In this document: in pieces, positions 21,537 to 36,000 of the stretch | Position numbering within the stretch: the first letter of the stretch is position 1 | Layout of the letters: every line of letters starts with the position of its first letter | Program-made: the position numbers and the translations under genes | The notes under the pieces: generated by a model | Databases searched by the model: none | What the model was told of the DNA's origin: nothing | The model's input: only the letters and a program-made list of their open reading frames with translations | From: Lingula anatina | Lineage: Eukaryota; Animalia; Brachiopoda | Reading direction: 5' to 3' | Assembly (NCBI GenBank): GCA_051362555.1 | Contig: CM120640.1 | Span: 50,756,788 to 50,820,787 of the forward strand | Length of the DNA: 64,000 nucleotides

Positions 21537-24500
21537 ATGGCAGACGGTGACTGCTGTGACAATCGTGGAGATGACTGGGTGTTTTACAAAGACAGGGAGG
21601 AATGGAAGGATATCACTCCCATTCCACAAGATGATGGACCACATCCTGTTGTTCGCATAGCGTATTCAGACAAATGTAAGTCAGGAACTACAAATGCAAA
21701 GACACAACACCTTGTACACCAAGCTGTAGTACTAGTATTATTACTAGATCTATCATCTAGCAGCGGTAAATAAGCCCAGAATGAAAGCATGCGTGATTTT
21801 GTTAAATTTCATGCCACTAAAGTCAGTCTGCTGGCTGAGGTATATCTTAATCTCGGGCTATAAACCCCAAAGTCAATGACCATTTATATTCTTGTGACTA
21901 AGTATGTTAAATAATTAAGAAATAAATTAAGATGACTAGTTATAGTTAAAGGTATATGCATAACAGATTAAAATAGGCCCACATGTATTTTCTGTTAATT
22001 TTAATTCTTGCCAGGAAGTGGAACTTCTATTGAGGTATGCACTGATCTTTCTTCTTTTTTATTTCAGTTACTGATGTTTATGACTATTTTCGAGCAATAT
22101 TACAAAAAAATGAGATGAGCCACCGAGCTTTTGAACTGAACACAGATGCTGCAGCTCTCAATTCTGCAAACTACACTGTATGGTAAGTACAGAGCAGCAT
22201 GGATCATGCATTTCACCTCCTCAATCACAGGTTTACTATGTATACTATTGAAATACACTGTCACATTTTGAAATTAGTTGGTCAGTTTAGTAGTAAACTT
22301 TTGTCTTTTCTTATTTGTAAAAAAAAATAAATAAAAAAAATACAGTTTTTAAAGTAGGCCCCTCTCAGGGTAAAGATGTAGACAATGTTTAGTAAGTTAC
22401 CCAATTTTGCAATGTTTATTGGAAAGGTTTCATTTACAGGCATCACAGAAGAAATCTTATCAAGGAGTTAAAGTTGGATCTTAATGATGAACTTATGTAT
22501 ATATCTGATGTAATAGAAAACCATCCTAAAAACTATCAGGTTTGGTGAGTATGTGGATATTTGTTACAATCTGTATTTTGTTATAAAACAAGTGTGCACT
22601 GTAGGAGCACATCTCGTGAGGCCAAACTAACACGTAATTTGTTTTCAATAATCAACCTTCTTCAGCATATCATCCGTGCATTAGCTTTCATAAAAGAAAA
22701 TTAAATACCATATGTTTGACTTTTATCTTCTGTAGCCAGTGCAAATTTGTTTCAGCAAATGACAAAATCTTTATATGACAGTGAAAGCCTAGATATCATT
22801 ACAAAATGCAGTAAAATGTAGTAACCATAGAAAGCACTTTTAACGTAACAAAGTTGTGATAACAAATTTGGTTGATATCACCTCATCAACACTAATGCAA
22901 TTTCTTTTTAATTGATGAAACTGCTTGATAGTAAAGGGTAAGGTGTAACTTTTTAGGCACCATAGACGAGTTATTGTTGAAATGCTTGGGGATGCCTCAA
23001 AGGAAATAGATTTCACAGCTAATATACTGGAAGAGGACGCAAAGAATTACCATGCATGGCAGCACAGGTACCATACATTTTCTAAATTATAAATAGTTGT
23101 TTTTAAGCTTAGTTTATGGTTATAACTATTTATGAGCACCAGCTGAAATAAAATAGAAATTTGACATCTTTGTCAAAAATGTTTAGTATTCTTCATATTA
23201 AATTGTAATTTTGTAGCCCTATGTCACTTTATTTAATAGAAAACAATGCAGTTATAGAAATATTCCAATTTTTCCAAATATGACAGTAAGTTGCTTAAAA
23301 TAGTCTAACCTGAAAAGCTAACATATTTTCTGATTTTTAACTTTGTCTAATGAAATGATACCCTACTTAATGTACTGAAACCTTTCAAGTTCATGTTTGT
23401 TTGTTTGTTTGTTTTTTTCAATTGAGCTCTGATGGTCTTGCCTTGCTGTGATATGTATAGTGTGCCACGTCCACTAAAGCAAACTGTAGTAAGCTTTCAA
23501 GCTGGTAAGATTCAGATTTATTAGCTCAGATGTAAAATTGTTCTTCTGCATTTTCAGACAGTGGGTTATAAAGGAATTCAAATTGTGGGATGGTGAATTA
23601 GAATTCACAGATGCGTTATTGAGGCAAGACCTAAGGAATAACTCTGCCTGGAACCAGAGATATTTTGTTATTACAGGAACCCCAACATTAACAGATGATG
23701 TCTTACTGAGAGAAGTGCAGTAAGTTATATAGTTGTTCATTATATGCAGAATTAAAACCAGGGCTCGGATAACATGAAAGCATCGCAAATTGCAACTACA
23801 CTCAAACACGGCGATCTGTCACTAACTAAAGGCATCACAATTTGTGACCGAGCGCTAATAGTTATACCACCGCTTGTTTCGAGGCTTTTATTTGCGATGT
23901 GTAAATCCTGTTGCAATTGCATTTGTATATATGTATAACTTGTGATTTCACAGTGTCTTTAATGTAATTAAAAATGACTGCAAGTTTTGGTTATTAGTCA
24001 TAGTAGCATATATAAATCAAAACACGGAAACTTATATAAAAGATTGAGTCACTCAGTTCCTCTGATAAAAAAAAACTTGCAGTAAATTTCACATAAAGAA
24101 TGCTATGTACCCCAGTATATAGATAGAATATTATTTCATCAAAGAACCCAAAAACTTTATTGAACATTTTATAAAGTCATGTTTTATTATGCATAGAAAT
24201 TTCAAAATTAAACAATTCATATATTATTTGGTATTTTCTAATGAAAAAACATCTGTGAAGTCTATTGATAATAATCATAAGTTTGAACATTTCACTTTCT
24301 ACACAAAATGAAAAAACAGAAACAAGGCATTCGGTCACAACATGTCCTTCCTGCACTGCTCATCAGTGTATCAGTAATAGTCTTAGTCCATAATAATATG
24401 TGGACTTCACTTATGGAATTGTTTTGACACTTTATTGGCATCAAACACTTCAAATATCAGTATTTGTATTCATGATATTTCTACAAAGTAAAATAGTCTC

Positions 24501-25830
24501 TTGATTAGCTATATAATCAAATTAAAGTACAATATGTGTAATTGTGATATGACTTCTTCACTTAATGCGACAGTCCAAGTTTAGTCCTGCTTAAGGCTAT
24601 AATTGGTCTCGAAATATTGCATTGCAATTGCTAAGACATTGTGTTAGCAGGGGGGTGCAATTGCCATCTCAAATAGTGATCGATCACAATGTTTGCATTT
24701 TGTGTCACAATTTGTGATGCTTTTGAGTTAGCAAGCCCAGATGGCAGGTTCAAATTTTTTGTGTTTATTTGCTTGGGAAAGATATCCAGATGAAAGAATG
24801 GATGTAAATAATGTTTACTGCTATTGATTTATCACACCGTCATTGTTTAACAGATGTGTTGAAGTAAATTGTGTCTTACAGTGTCCAATTATCTTTTTAG
24901 TTTTACAAGAGATATGATTAAACAAGCACCTAATAATGAAAGTGCATGGAATTACCTTAGGGGGTAAGTTTTTTTATATATTTATTTATTATTATTATTT
25001 TTTTTTTTTTAAAGATTTAAATGACAGAAAAATGTTTCTTATGTTTATTATTTTTACATTGCCTCACTAGCAGCACATAATTGCTCAATTTTGGATAGTT
25101 GGTGGTTTTCTGCTTACATTTATGCAAAGGATAAGCAATGCTATTAACATTAGAAACTTATTATGTCAGTTTTGTGGAGGAGGGGGAAAGAAGGTCTCAT
25201 TGATGAGTATTGTAATTGCAATTGTCTTGTTGATTTTTGGATAGTGAGTCTCTATTATATGTTACTGGAATGTTGCTAAAATAGGTCATTGCTTGAATGC
25301 CTTAACTACCCATTGTTTTCAACTGATATCATTTAAAGGCTACTATTTTTGTATTAATAGAATATTGGCTGATAAAGAAATAAGCCAATATCCAGGACTA
25401 ATGGAATTCTGCCACAAGTTGTATCAGGAAAATATCCGCTCTCCTCATTTATTAGCATTCATGATTGACTGCTATGAGAACATGTTAGAACTTAAAAAGG
25501 ATGACAAACAAGCTGCTTTGAACCAAGCATTAAAGGTAATTGCTCTTGTAGTTATATATATTTTTGGTTTGAATGAATAAAACCAGTTATGATATTGTAA
25601 TACCAGTACATTTTAGTTTACCTTTTTTTTTTTCTGAAAAAGTGCTGATTAACCAGTTTTATTAAAATACTTCAAGGTGATGAGAACAGCCCACAGTGAA
25701 TATATGTTATTTGTTCTTTTTCCAGATGTGTGAATCCCTGGCAACAGAGTATGACACTATTAGGAAAGAATATTGGAATTATATATCAAGATCCCTAACA
25801 TCGAAATATGGACATTTTAAACCTAATTGA
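21537..25830 (+). CDS. FNTA: Protein farnesyltransferase/geranylgeranyltransferase type-1 subunit alpha, 8 coding exons
   Basis: Exons 21537-21675, 22068-22182, 22440-22544, 22957-23067, 23558-23719, 24901-24963, 25361-25535, 25726-25830 (TGA). Motifs [28 protein letters not shown], prenyltransferase-alpha repeats [58 protein letters not shown], and C-terminal [11 protein letters not shown]. Confidence 0.97.
23759..24740. mobile_element. ~1-kb non-autonomous TIR element (hAT-like), in FNTA intron 5
   Basis: Left CAGGGCTCGGATAACATGAAAGCATCGCAAATTG matches the reverse complement of the right end, CTGGGCTTGCTAACTCAAAAGCATCACAAATTG; subterminal GCAAT/TTGCGA-like repeats; no transposase ORF. Confidence 0.7.
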
Positions 25831-28472
25831 AAAGAAAGTATGTCTTTGTTGAAATTTGTCAGACAAGAACATTTGACAGATTTCTGACACAAGAAACTGT
25901 ACTTTTATATGTAATTGTTATAGGAGCTGTGTGCTAGTCATATAAAATGTACTTTGTGTGCTTTGATGTTAGTTAATGGGTCCTTCTCTGTCAGCTTTTG
26001 TTCTTGCATTGTCACTCAATATCCAAACTAATAATAATGAAAAAAAATTCCTGGATCAGGTACCTAATAGATTGAGAAGCATGACAAGGAAACTACATTG
26101 GAAAATTGCTGCTGGATCTTTACTCAAATAAAATAACAACATACTGTACATAGTCTGGGCTTACCCTGGGGTGAAGTTGCTTCAAGTCAAATAAGGTGAT
26201 AATTTTAGCAAAATGGGAAATTAGAACAAATTTAGCAATGATGAATTTGGTAAAATATAATAAAACATTTAACATTTGTCTTGCTTAATTTGGAAGATGT
26301 TTAGCTTTTGTTTTAAGTCACCAAGGTGAGCCCAGTTAACTTGAAAAGCTGGCTGTGTTTCAAAATTGGGAAAAATTTTGTACATTTATACCTAAGGCAG
26401 AGTGGCTTTGAAGAAACTAAAATGCAACGCTTTAAATCAACTTTGTAGAAATGGTTAAAATAGTTTTAAAGTTATGTAGAGATATATGTAATTGTCATAT
26501 GAATTTCAATGTAAAATGAAACTGCAGAGCAGTTAATGAATAGAATATCTTGAAAATGATACTTTTTTTAGTTGATTTAATTCTGGACAGTAAATGCCCA
26601 AAGAAAGCTGGATTGCTGGCATGCAACAATGTGTTATGTGGCACTTCGTGTGGATAAACGTACTGAGCACAGTCTAGGGCAATTGTGACAGAACACCTAA
26701 TGCAATATTCTCAAGCGTACGTCTGAAGAGATTGGAACCAGTGGTGCCATTCCTCACATGACAAGTGCATGTTTTAATGCTCTCAGTGACTTTAGATTGG
26801 TCAAGTCTATACACAATCGCAGGCTACAAGATATTAGTTATGGTCAATCTAATTAAAATCCAAGAAAGCAGCATACAATGTAAAACATATTTATTTTCTT
26901 AAACAAGTTTATGAAGGTCTCAGGTTACAGTAGCATTAAGCCAAACTATTGAAATCTTTTCTCAGATGCAAACAACAGCTTGCCTCTACTTGGGTTACAG
27001 CTTACACAAACTTGCTTGACCCAACTTAAATTTACTAACAATGTCCACATGAGCTTTACTTCTAAATGTTAGTTATTGCGTTATATAATTTTTAGTATAC
27101 ATTGGCAGATCATGTAGCATACAGCTACAGAAGTAATATCAGCAAGATTTCTATGCTTGATTTCACGGATGAAAAACAGTCATGAGTTGGATGTAGTCTA
27201 AATTAAAAGATGCATGACTGAACATATTAGTTTGAAAAGTTGTTTATATAAAGTACAAACAAAACTTTTGATATACTGCCTCAGTATGTTCTGTTGCTAA
27301 CTCAATATATTGTTCACTTATTACCTGTACCAGCAAAAAGCACTCTGAAAAATCTACTCAAATAAACTTTAACCTTTGGTAAACATAGGTGTGAAATAAC
27401 AACTTATAAATATTACAAGACAATCTTGTAAAAGATTAAAAAGTCTTATCTGCAGGAACAAACAAATTTTTGCAGGCTAAATAGATAAGATTAGGAATAG
27501 TCATATAAATATTGAGTCATCATTTACAAACAAGTTAAATAAATAAACCTACACTTATTTGTGTAATTAACTTTAAAACAGCATATGTGGACTAAAAGCA
27601 CCATCTGATTTTTGGCGGTACTTTTCAGCCCAGGTCAATCATAGATTTTCATCATATTTACTCTTTTGAGAGCCTGCATCTTTCTTCCAGGTCGATTCAT
27701 GCAGAGTATTTTAATTCTATTATATTTTCTGCAGACAGATCTCTAAGTCACTGATTCTTTTGTTGTAATTAAAGCATTTGCCTTGCTTAAAACAGTAACA
27801 GGTGCTGATGTAGGTAACAATAAAATTACAAAATATATTATGTACATATACGCACACTACACAGGTTATCAAAGCTAACAGAAGTCCAATATCAGTGCAT
27901 CTGACTGGCAGCATACTATATCATTTGAAGAATCTGTATAAGGTTTTAACTGTACAAATTGGCACTTAATTGCTCTCATGTGCACAGCAGTAGTATTAGA
28001 ACACAATAACATAGGTCAGATTCAGAACCACACATTCACACTAGTTGGAAACATATTTAAAAGATTCGATTTACACGTTCCATTTTCCTGTGAGGTAGTC
28101 AGATGCATAACCAATTTTTCTTTTTATTCATCTGAACTTTAGAATTTCAAAGTCAGAAAAAAGGTAAAAAACACCAATATTTTGGTGATTACAGATATAC
28201 CATGTTACTATTACAAGGAATGTCAAACCAATTCTCTCTTTGTAAAACTGGCTATGTCTTTCAAGAAAGTTTCCACATTGGCATCAATGCAACTGCACCA
28301 CAGTGAAGGACTAAAACCCTGGCCACACCTAAAAATACATCTGTCTGTAATAAAAATTTTTTGTAGCTCATGGCCAGACTATTCACTTCTGTTATTTGCA
28401 AGCATGCAGACTGAAAAGGGTGTGAATACCACAAGAGCCACTAGTAATAAACTGGCTACTGTCTGGTCACAT

Positions 28473-31400
28473 TCAACACACTGACTCATCATTGGCACCA
28501 ATCATCTTCATATCTCTGTTCTCAAGCTCTAGAGTCAACTGTTCAATTTCAGACTCTAACATGCGATTTTTTCTATACATCTGTACATAGTTCAGTTGTA
28601 GTTGTTTCTGATATCTAACAACCTTGTCTTTTTCAGCAAACCACTGGTGCTTTTCATTCTCCATTTGTTCTCTTGATTCATCCAAAAGTTTTTTTGACTT
28701 TTGTAGCTCCAATCTTAAATGCTCCATTTCTTGACAGGACTGTTTCTCCCGATCGTTAACTTTATTATTTTCTCTTTGTTCAGTTTGAATTGAGGTTTCT
28801 TTTATGACTTTTCTTCTTTCTCTCTTCATGACTTCCAAGTCTGCTTTTACTCCCTGTAATTCCATCTGTACTTCACTGAGATCATCCTTGAGTTTTTCAA
28901 TAAGTTTATTCTTATCCATTAGTTCATGGTGTTGTTCTTTGAGTTGTGCCTTCAAGGTCAGGGTTTCATTAGTTTTTGACCCTGACTCTTCTTTGATTTC
29001 TTTAAGTTGCTGCTTTAACAAAGATATCTCTCCAGACTTTTGACAAATTTCCCATTTAGCCTCATCCTGTTGGGTTTTAAAACTTTTGAGGTCTTCTTCA
29101 CATATCTCCAACCTTTTTTCTGCTGCTTTTTTGTCTCTGAGAAGGTTTTCATTTTCTTCAATCATAGCCTTCTTTTCTTGCTGAAGTTTATAGACTTGCA
29201 GCATGAGAGACTGTTCCATTTTGAACATTCTCTGCTGCTGAACTTTTTGTCTCCTCTGATATTCTTCCCTCATATCTTTCATTTCCATATGCCATGATAG
29301 TTGCTTTTCTTCATAAACTTGGAAGATAACCCTCTCATTGTGCTCCATTGTTTCACGAAGGTGGGATATTTCAGTGTCTTTTTCACGTAACATGACTTCC
29401 AGTTCTCCTACACCACTGTCGCTTGGAGAAGGTGTCTGCTGAGGGTAACTCCCTCTATGAGTAGAGGACAGATGGCTTACATTTGACGAGGCAAATGAGG
29501 AAGGCCTTTCAGGTAATTTTGGATAGTCTGTGCTTCCTCCTCCAATAGAGCGATCCATCTCCATTCCAAAAGAATTCTGGGAAGGATTTGTAGACTGATA
29601 ATCCTGAGAACCATAGCCATCATCTTGGCTGGTTTGACTGGGAATTTTGCTGTCACGAGAAGCTGTCTGTGATGGGGAGACATAACGCTGCTGAGCTGGC
29701 ACCACTGGTTTAAACGCAATTGGTCGTATCACTACCTTCCCTGGCACCTGCAAAACACATCAAACTCTGACTTAATCCATGGAAAACTCGACAAAACAAA
29801 AGATTTATGAGACACAACACGCTGATAAATTATTCCTGCAGGAAATCCTACTATATGAAAAATAGCTTAAATTGCAGAAACCACCGACTAGCATTCTTCA
29901 CATGAACTTATCAGAAATATAACAAACCTTCACCCAAACCATCACTGATGTCCTTCCTCACAACCAACAATGATATAGAGCACAAATGGAATTTGTCCTA
30001 ATAGCTTGGAGTCAATACTGAATCTACTGTCAGGTGAATGTAGTTTGCACAGTCCATGACATCACAATCTGCATAGACTGTAAATGAGTTAGCCAGCAGC
30101 AGGTAGTGTGATTTTAATATGGGGATGATTAAGTGCAACTGTCATCCTACCCTACTGCCTTTTATATTCTATTCATTATAGTAAATTGATTTCATTCCAC
30201 CCCTTGTGTGCCAACACATCTGTTCATTTACACCAGGGTTGTACAGAAACCCCTTGTACAATCACAAAATGCCCCTGTAAGAAAGGCTGTTTATGTTTTT
30301 TACCCGTAGGAAATAGGCATTGCTTCCACAAATATATAGGTGTCTTGCCGGTGTTTATTTTGATTGTCCCAGCACACCTAGCTGGTGAACATGGTGCTGT
30401 TTACTGGCCTAACAAACCATGGCTGTTGACTGACTTTATCATTCAGTTGGTACTGGAGTTTTTGCCACTTTCTTTTCAGAAAGTTTGGATTTAATCAGGG
30501 GCGGGCAATTTTTGATTTTATGATAAATTTGTTTTTCCCTGCCTATATTTGGATATATTTTCTGTAAGTACAATATTTCACAATTGATGTTTACCTAACC
30601 TATAGATAGGAAATGTGCCTCATGGATCATGAAGAAAGAGGCAATAGAAAACCCTCTGCCTTTCACTCAATAGTCAATAGCAAGCAAAGTATTAAGGAGT
30701 GGGGTCTGTGTGTGGAGTGTGCACCCATACAGAAGTAACTGTGGGATGTATTCAACTTGGTCAGCTCCAGAAAAGCAATGGCAACCAACCCTTTTAATGT
30801 GGCAAACAATGCAGAACAATCCCAACACCACATGGATCATTGAACATGCAAACTGGCTGTACAGACATAAACAAACCTTACTGTTTGCATTGCTCCTACC
30901 TTAGCTGCCTTGTGTATGGCTGTGTCATGTTGCAGCTCTGCCTTCCCTGTAGGTGGATTCATTGGTAACGGCCTTTGGCTTGACCAGAATAAATATATGT
31001 ATTCTGGTCACTTCTGTCCAACTTTCTATAACACAGGTCAAAGGTGATCTACTTTTGCCCCTATTGAACCAGTAAACACCTTTTCAAAGCAGAAACAAAC
31101 TGCCCATTAAAAATCTTAGAATGCATTGGAAAACCTGACCTGATGCATTCACCAACAAAACATGATGGTTTGTGCTTTGGTGCAGTCCCATGCTGGCAAT
31201 GAAAGCATACTCGCCATACTACACTACCCAGTCAGAGTCAGACGATAAGCTATCAGATACACAGCTGAATGCTAAACTATCCTCTTTGAATGCGATCCAC
31301 TACTAGTCGTCAGAACAACTCTATTATCTATCTTCCTATCTCCAACCCTGTGCACTGACTAAAACAAGAAACTTTTTGTCAGGTGGGGAGCAAAGGAAAT

Positions 31401-33006
31401 ACTAATCAGTGATCTATTGACAAATAAGGACACCTGCATTGTACTGGGGAATACAACCTATCTTTAATCGTAATTGCATTCTATTGTGTCTGCCACAGTG
31501 AAAAATTAGTGAGCCTTGGTAATTTCTAGGAGGAGGGCATTCCTTCTATATCCTGCAACATGATTTAAGCAGTCAGTATAGTTATTTCAAACCCTTTCTA
31601 TTATTAATTTATCTATAGTTTATTATTGCAAAGGGGGCAGATAAGTTCCCTTTTAATATTAATTTCCCTGAGGTCCTAATTGTTGTGTTGAGGTAACCAA
31701 GTTACTATTATACGTAACTTAGATGTTACCGTTTTATTTTCATATTCACTTTTTTCCTCCCTCTTATTCAACCTTAGTCATTCCTCACATTACAAAAATT
31801 ATTTCAAATTGCCCTATTTCATGGCTACAGCAATAAAAATGTAAGAGAAGATATAAAGATTTTAGGAGAAAACTTGATATTTCCGTGGCAGGGCGTTATA
31901 TTTCACCTGATTTATGCACAGGCAGGTGAGATAATAAATTTCTGCCGCTCTGCCCTCAGCCTGATGGAAACATTTTTTCACAAACATTTGTTTGCCATAC
32001 CTGATACACTAATCTGTATGTTATGTGTTTAATATTTACAACCCAATCCTAATTTGATTAACTGCAGTCAGCTATCTATTATCTCTCCATATGATCACAG
32101 CAATTTATAACTCATAGGAAAATTTTTTTTAACTAGGTTTTTTACATTAACAAAGAAAAAATCCTCTATTCTTCTCAGCAGTAAACTTTTCAGCCTAAAC
32201 CAAAAAGCACCATAAAAATGTAATACCCTTTAAAACCATCTACATAGTGAATCACACAAAGCAGTTGGTGGTGGAAGAGCAAGCTGTCAAATGCACAAGT
32301 GCACATACCTGCAAACACACCTGCTGCAATCTGAACCCTCACATATTATGTATTTCATTCCTTTTTTCTTTCATTTTTTACATTCACCCATGCATACTAT
32401 ATAACAAAATATACAACATATTCCAACATTTACCTGGCTGAGAAATCCACTGTATGGAGTGATCTTTGGAGGATGTGGTGGGTGGTCAGGAAGATCTTCA
32501 TAGATGTGTCCATGATGGTCATCTAGATTGTCTAACTGTTCGTTACTACGGTAATTACGCTTTGGCACTGGGGCCTGGAAACTACTGCCTACACCCATAT
32601 TGTGAGGCTGAGGTGACCATGTCCTTTGGTTTGACTTCTGAGAGGTGCCTTTGGTATAGTAGTCTATATGGAAGCTTTGGTGAAAATTGGGATAACTGTC
32701 TGGTTTTGTGTCATTTAATGGTGGTTTGAAGTAATCCTCTGTGACAAAACGATTTTGATTTTTGGCTGCTGAGCGTTTTTTCTTTCGCTCTGTGATTGTG
32801 GTTACGTCTGTATAGTCCTGGTTGTCTGGTTCCTCAGGTGTAGATGACCTGCTTCCAAACATAAACTTTAGTTCATGAGAATAGGTGGAATAGGCTGAGT
32901 AGCTTGACGGTGGGGAATAAAATGTGTCTTCCAGATATGAGGTTGATGGCTCGTTTTCCTCAGGAAACAAAATGTCTGTACTAGTCACTGCTGTGTCTTG
33001 GGCCAT
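28473..33006 (-). CDS. LZTS2: Leucine zipper putative tumor suppressor (LZTS/Fez1-domain family) homolog, 2 coding exons
   Basis: Exons 33006-32434 and 29747-28473 join in frame as PPKITPYSGFLSQ|VPGKVVIRPIAFKPV (LZTS motif). A long coiled coil follows with KWEICQKSGEISLLKQQLKE and W..EKDKVVRYQKQLQLNYVQMY.KN, ending in the PDZ-ligand-like ESVC*. The paralog number is nominal: likely co-ortholog of LZTS1/2/3 and N4BP3. Confidence 0.9.
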
Positions 33007-36000
33007 AGTCTCTTCTTTCTATACCATGGCTGCAAGATAAGAAACAAACATACAATAGCTTGAGCAGAAACATTGGGAAAATATTATTCCAGAAGTTGTT
33101 CAATGCAATAATTGCACCAAACATTCATATTGTCTGAACTACCAGCAACTTCATTGAGTTCTGATGTGGTGCTTTGTGCCCCAGCCTCGCGGTACTGCAC
33201 TTTGTAAAACAACCCGATCCAGGCGCACAATGTCCAATAATAGTGAAACATTACCTTGTTAACATGCAGTAGCCCCAATCAAAACATAAGCCCTGCACAG
33301 CATTGTGAAAATCCCCACAGGCTTTCAACTCCCAAATCTCTTCTATCTGATCCAATACACACAGCTTTGTGAGCTGTCAGGGCCTTTTATCAGGTGTCCG
33401 TAGCAGACTCTGAAGTGTCCTTCATAATCCAATGTACATTTCCAACACCATTTGTGATTATTTAACAAGGCAACAACTGAAATACACAACCTAAAGCCTT
33501 GAGTTCAATATATCAATACCATGGCTCCAGATTTATCTGAACACATTATGTCCATTACAATGATGACATAACATATAACTTACTATATGGTGGTCAATCA
33601 AGCTCTAGCTGATAAAAGAAACACCAGTATACAAGAATGACTTAACAAATCCATAAGTCCCCTTGACTTTGTGACACCACCAAGCCCAGCATAGTTACTA
33701 AATACAAATGACATAAGGTTATCATTTCACTCAGGACCCAATACCAAACAGATCAAAGCTTCCCTATCAATGTCCAGATCATATCAGTCCATAGTAAGAT
33801 GGGGAATCTTTCTCAAAACAGATAACTGACTCTCACTTATCCTATTTAGCTTGTAATTTTGGTTCAAACCTTAAAATTTGTTAGTTCATGTGCAAAGCAT
33901 TAATGACACAAACATTTTAACTGTAAATAATCGCTTTTTTTAAATATAGGATACCAGGTCAGTTTGTCACATGTTCTACCCAATGTCTGTGACTATCCAA
34001 CTTTACAGAAGTTACTTTAAGCTTGAAATGGCAGAGGACACTGCTGGCAGTTAATTATCCATATTCAATACAAATTCATTTACAGAGAAAAACAATTGGG
34101 TTAAAGTCTTACTTTCCATCTACTTCTTTGTGAGTTAAGTTCTCCTTTCCATGTTGCCTGCCTGCACACCTCCAGCCGTTCAAGTCCTACAGTAAGTATC
34201 ACAAGCACTACTGGTGTCAATTACTAACATCTACCAGTGAAAACACAATGACCCCTATCCTACCAGCTTAACCTACTAATCCCAAGGTGGGGCGATCAGA
34301 GGTAGGCGGAAACAAAGCCCTGCACAAACAAATAGTGCCGACACAAAACATCCATGGGCATGATTCAATAATCCTTATTCGCTAAATATGTGTAAGAATA
34401 ACAGCCAGCTCCTCAGCAACCTTTGAAGGAGTACCTGATCAATTCTGGAGGAATTCAATCCTTTTATTAACCACCAGACACTCAAGCATGGTGTCACTGC
34501 TCCTTCAACAAGTTGAAAACATCTGCCACTTTTTTCCACCCTTGTGAAGACAAACTATGGTAGAAGAGGCTGCTGATTCCTCTACTGCTGGGATAATCTA
34601 CAGGAGCTGGGTGATTTATACCAAAGTTAATGAATGAAAAAAAGCAACAGGCTTGGTGTCAAAAGAAAATGTAGGAAGCCCATATACTGACCACAAAATA
34701 ACTAAAGCTGGACCACCCTCCCTCCAACTATAATTCATGCCATAAAGCATTGTAAAACACAATTTAAAAGGGGGAGACTGACAGATAATGTTTCATTAAT
34801 TTCATTTCTTCCCCCAGAAAATGGAAGTCAATGCTTTTTTGTGCCATTGATTTCATTTTACCTAATTTGAGCTGATCGAAATGGTAAACTACATCTTGGG
34901 ACATTGTTTTTCTTGGTCTATTGCATATTCTGTACATTCAACCAACCCTCTGAAGCTTTGAAGTACAATTTATAGTCAATTTTAAATAAAACTTAATCAT
35001 TATAAAAGAAAATTTGAAAAATACAGACTACAAATGATTACCTGACAGTGTGTGAATCCATGCATTTCAACTCCGTAACTACTAACATGACTTGAAATTT
35101 AAGAACAAAATCACTTATAACTTAAACAATTCCAATGTCAAACTAGGAAATATTTTTATGCATCATCATTATGGAATGCACAACTTTAAAGTTCTGAAAA
35201 CAACCTTCTCCAAACCATTTCTGCTGAATAAGTTCTCATTTATTGTGTGGTAATGTTAAGCACAAACAAAATCACAAAGCTACTTTAACCCATGACTCAT
35301 TCATGGGAAGTTCAGGTAGATGTTTTGGAATTTACAACTGTTATTATTTAAGTAATACCTGTTATTGGTAGCAATTGTTTAAAATGACACATTTTTAAAA
35401 TCTTAAATTATAGGTGAGACAGTGAAAAAATGAGCTATGAAACACACAAGGTGCAAAAGAATTTCTTAAAGATACTTTTAAACTGCTGACTCAATATTAT
35501 AGACTCTTCAAAGATAAATCTTGAAAGATGACTGTATTTGTACCTTTATCCATTCAAGGCAGATTACTTAATGTGATTGAATAAAAAAAAAATGTTTTAA
35601 CCAAGTATTGAACATGACTGAAAAAAGCAATAAAAAAAGTTTGGTCGACAAGTTCAAAGCAGGTAAAACACTACAGGTAGACTTAAAACATTGTCTGAAA
35701 AATCCACACAACATCAGTGTTTTTTCTCTACAACTGCCTCATCTTAAGGACACTAATCCTTTTTTATCAGGCAGTCATATATAATTAGACTGCTCATGCT
35801 GAGGAGTCACAGCTGCAGTGGTGGTTTGGTTTTCCTGGTCAGGTGATTCTTTACTCTATTAAGAAAGTGAAAGAAAGAAAGTGAAAGAAAGATTACCAAA
35901 GAGGGTAAACAAAAGAAAAAAACAAACAAATAAAAAAACTCTATCTAATTATGAAAAAAAAGCAAGAAAGGCTTCCACATCACCCTTTCAACTAAAGATG

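Noticed and set aside
28804-29297. Plus-strand ORFs overlapping LZTS (likewise 62295-63026 over UBOX5 and 1263-1634 over the LINE)
   Set aside because: Antisense shadows of real coding sequence.
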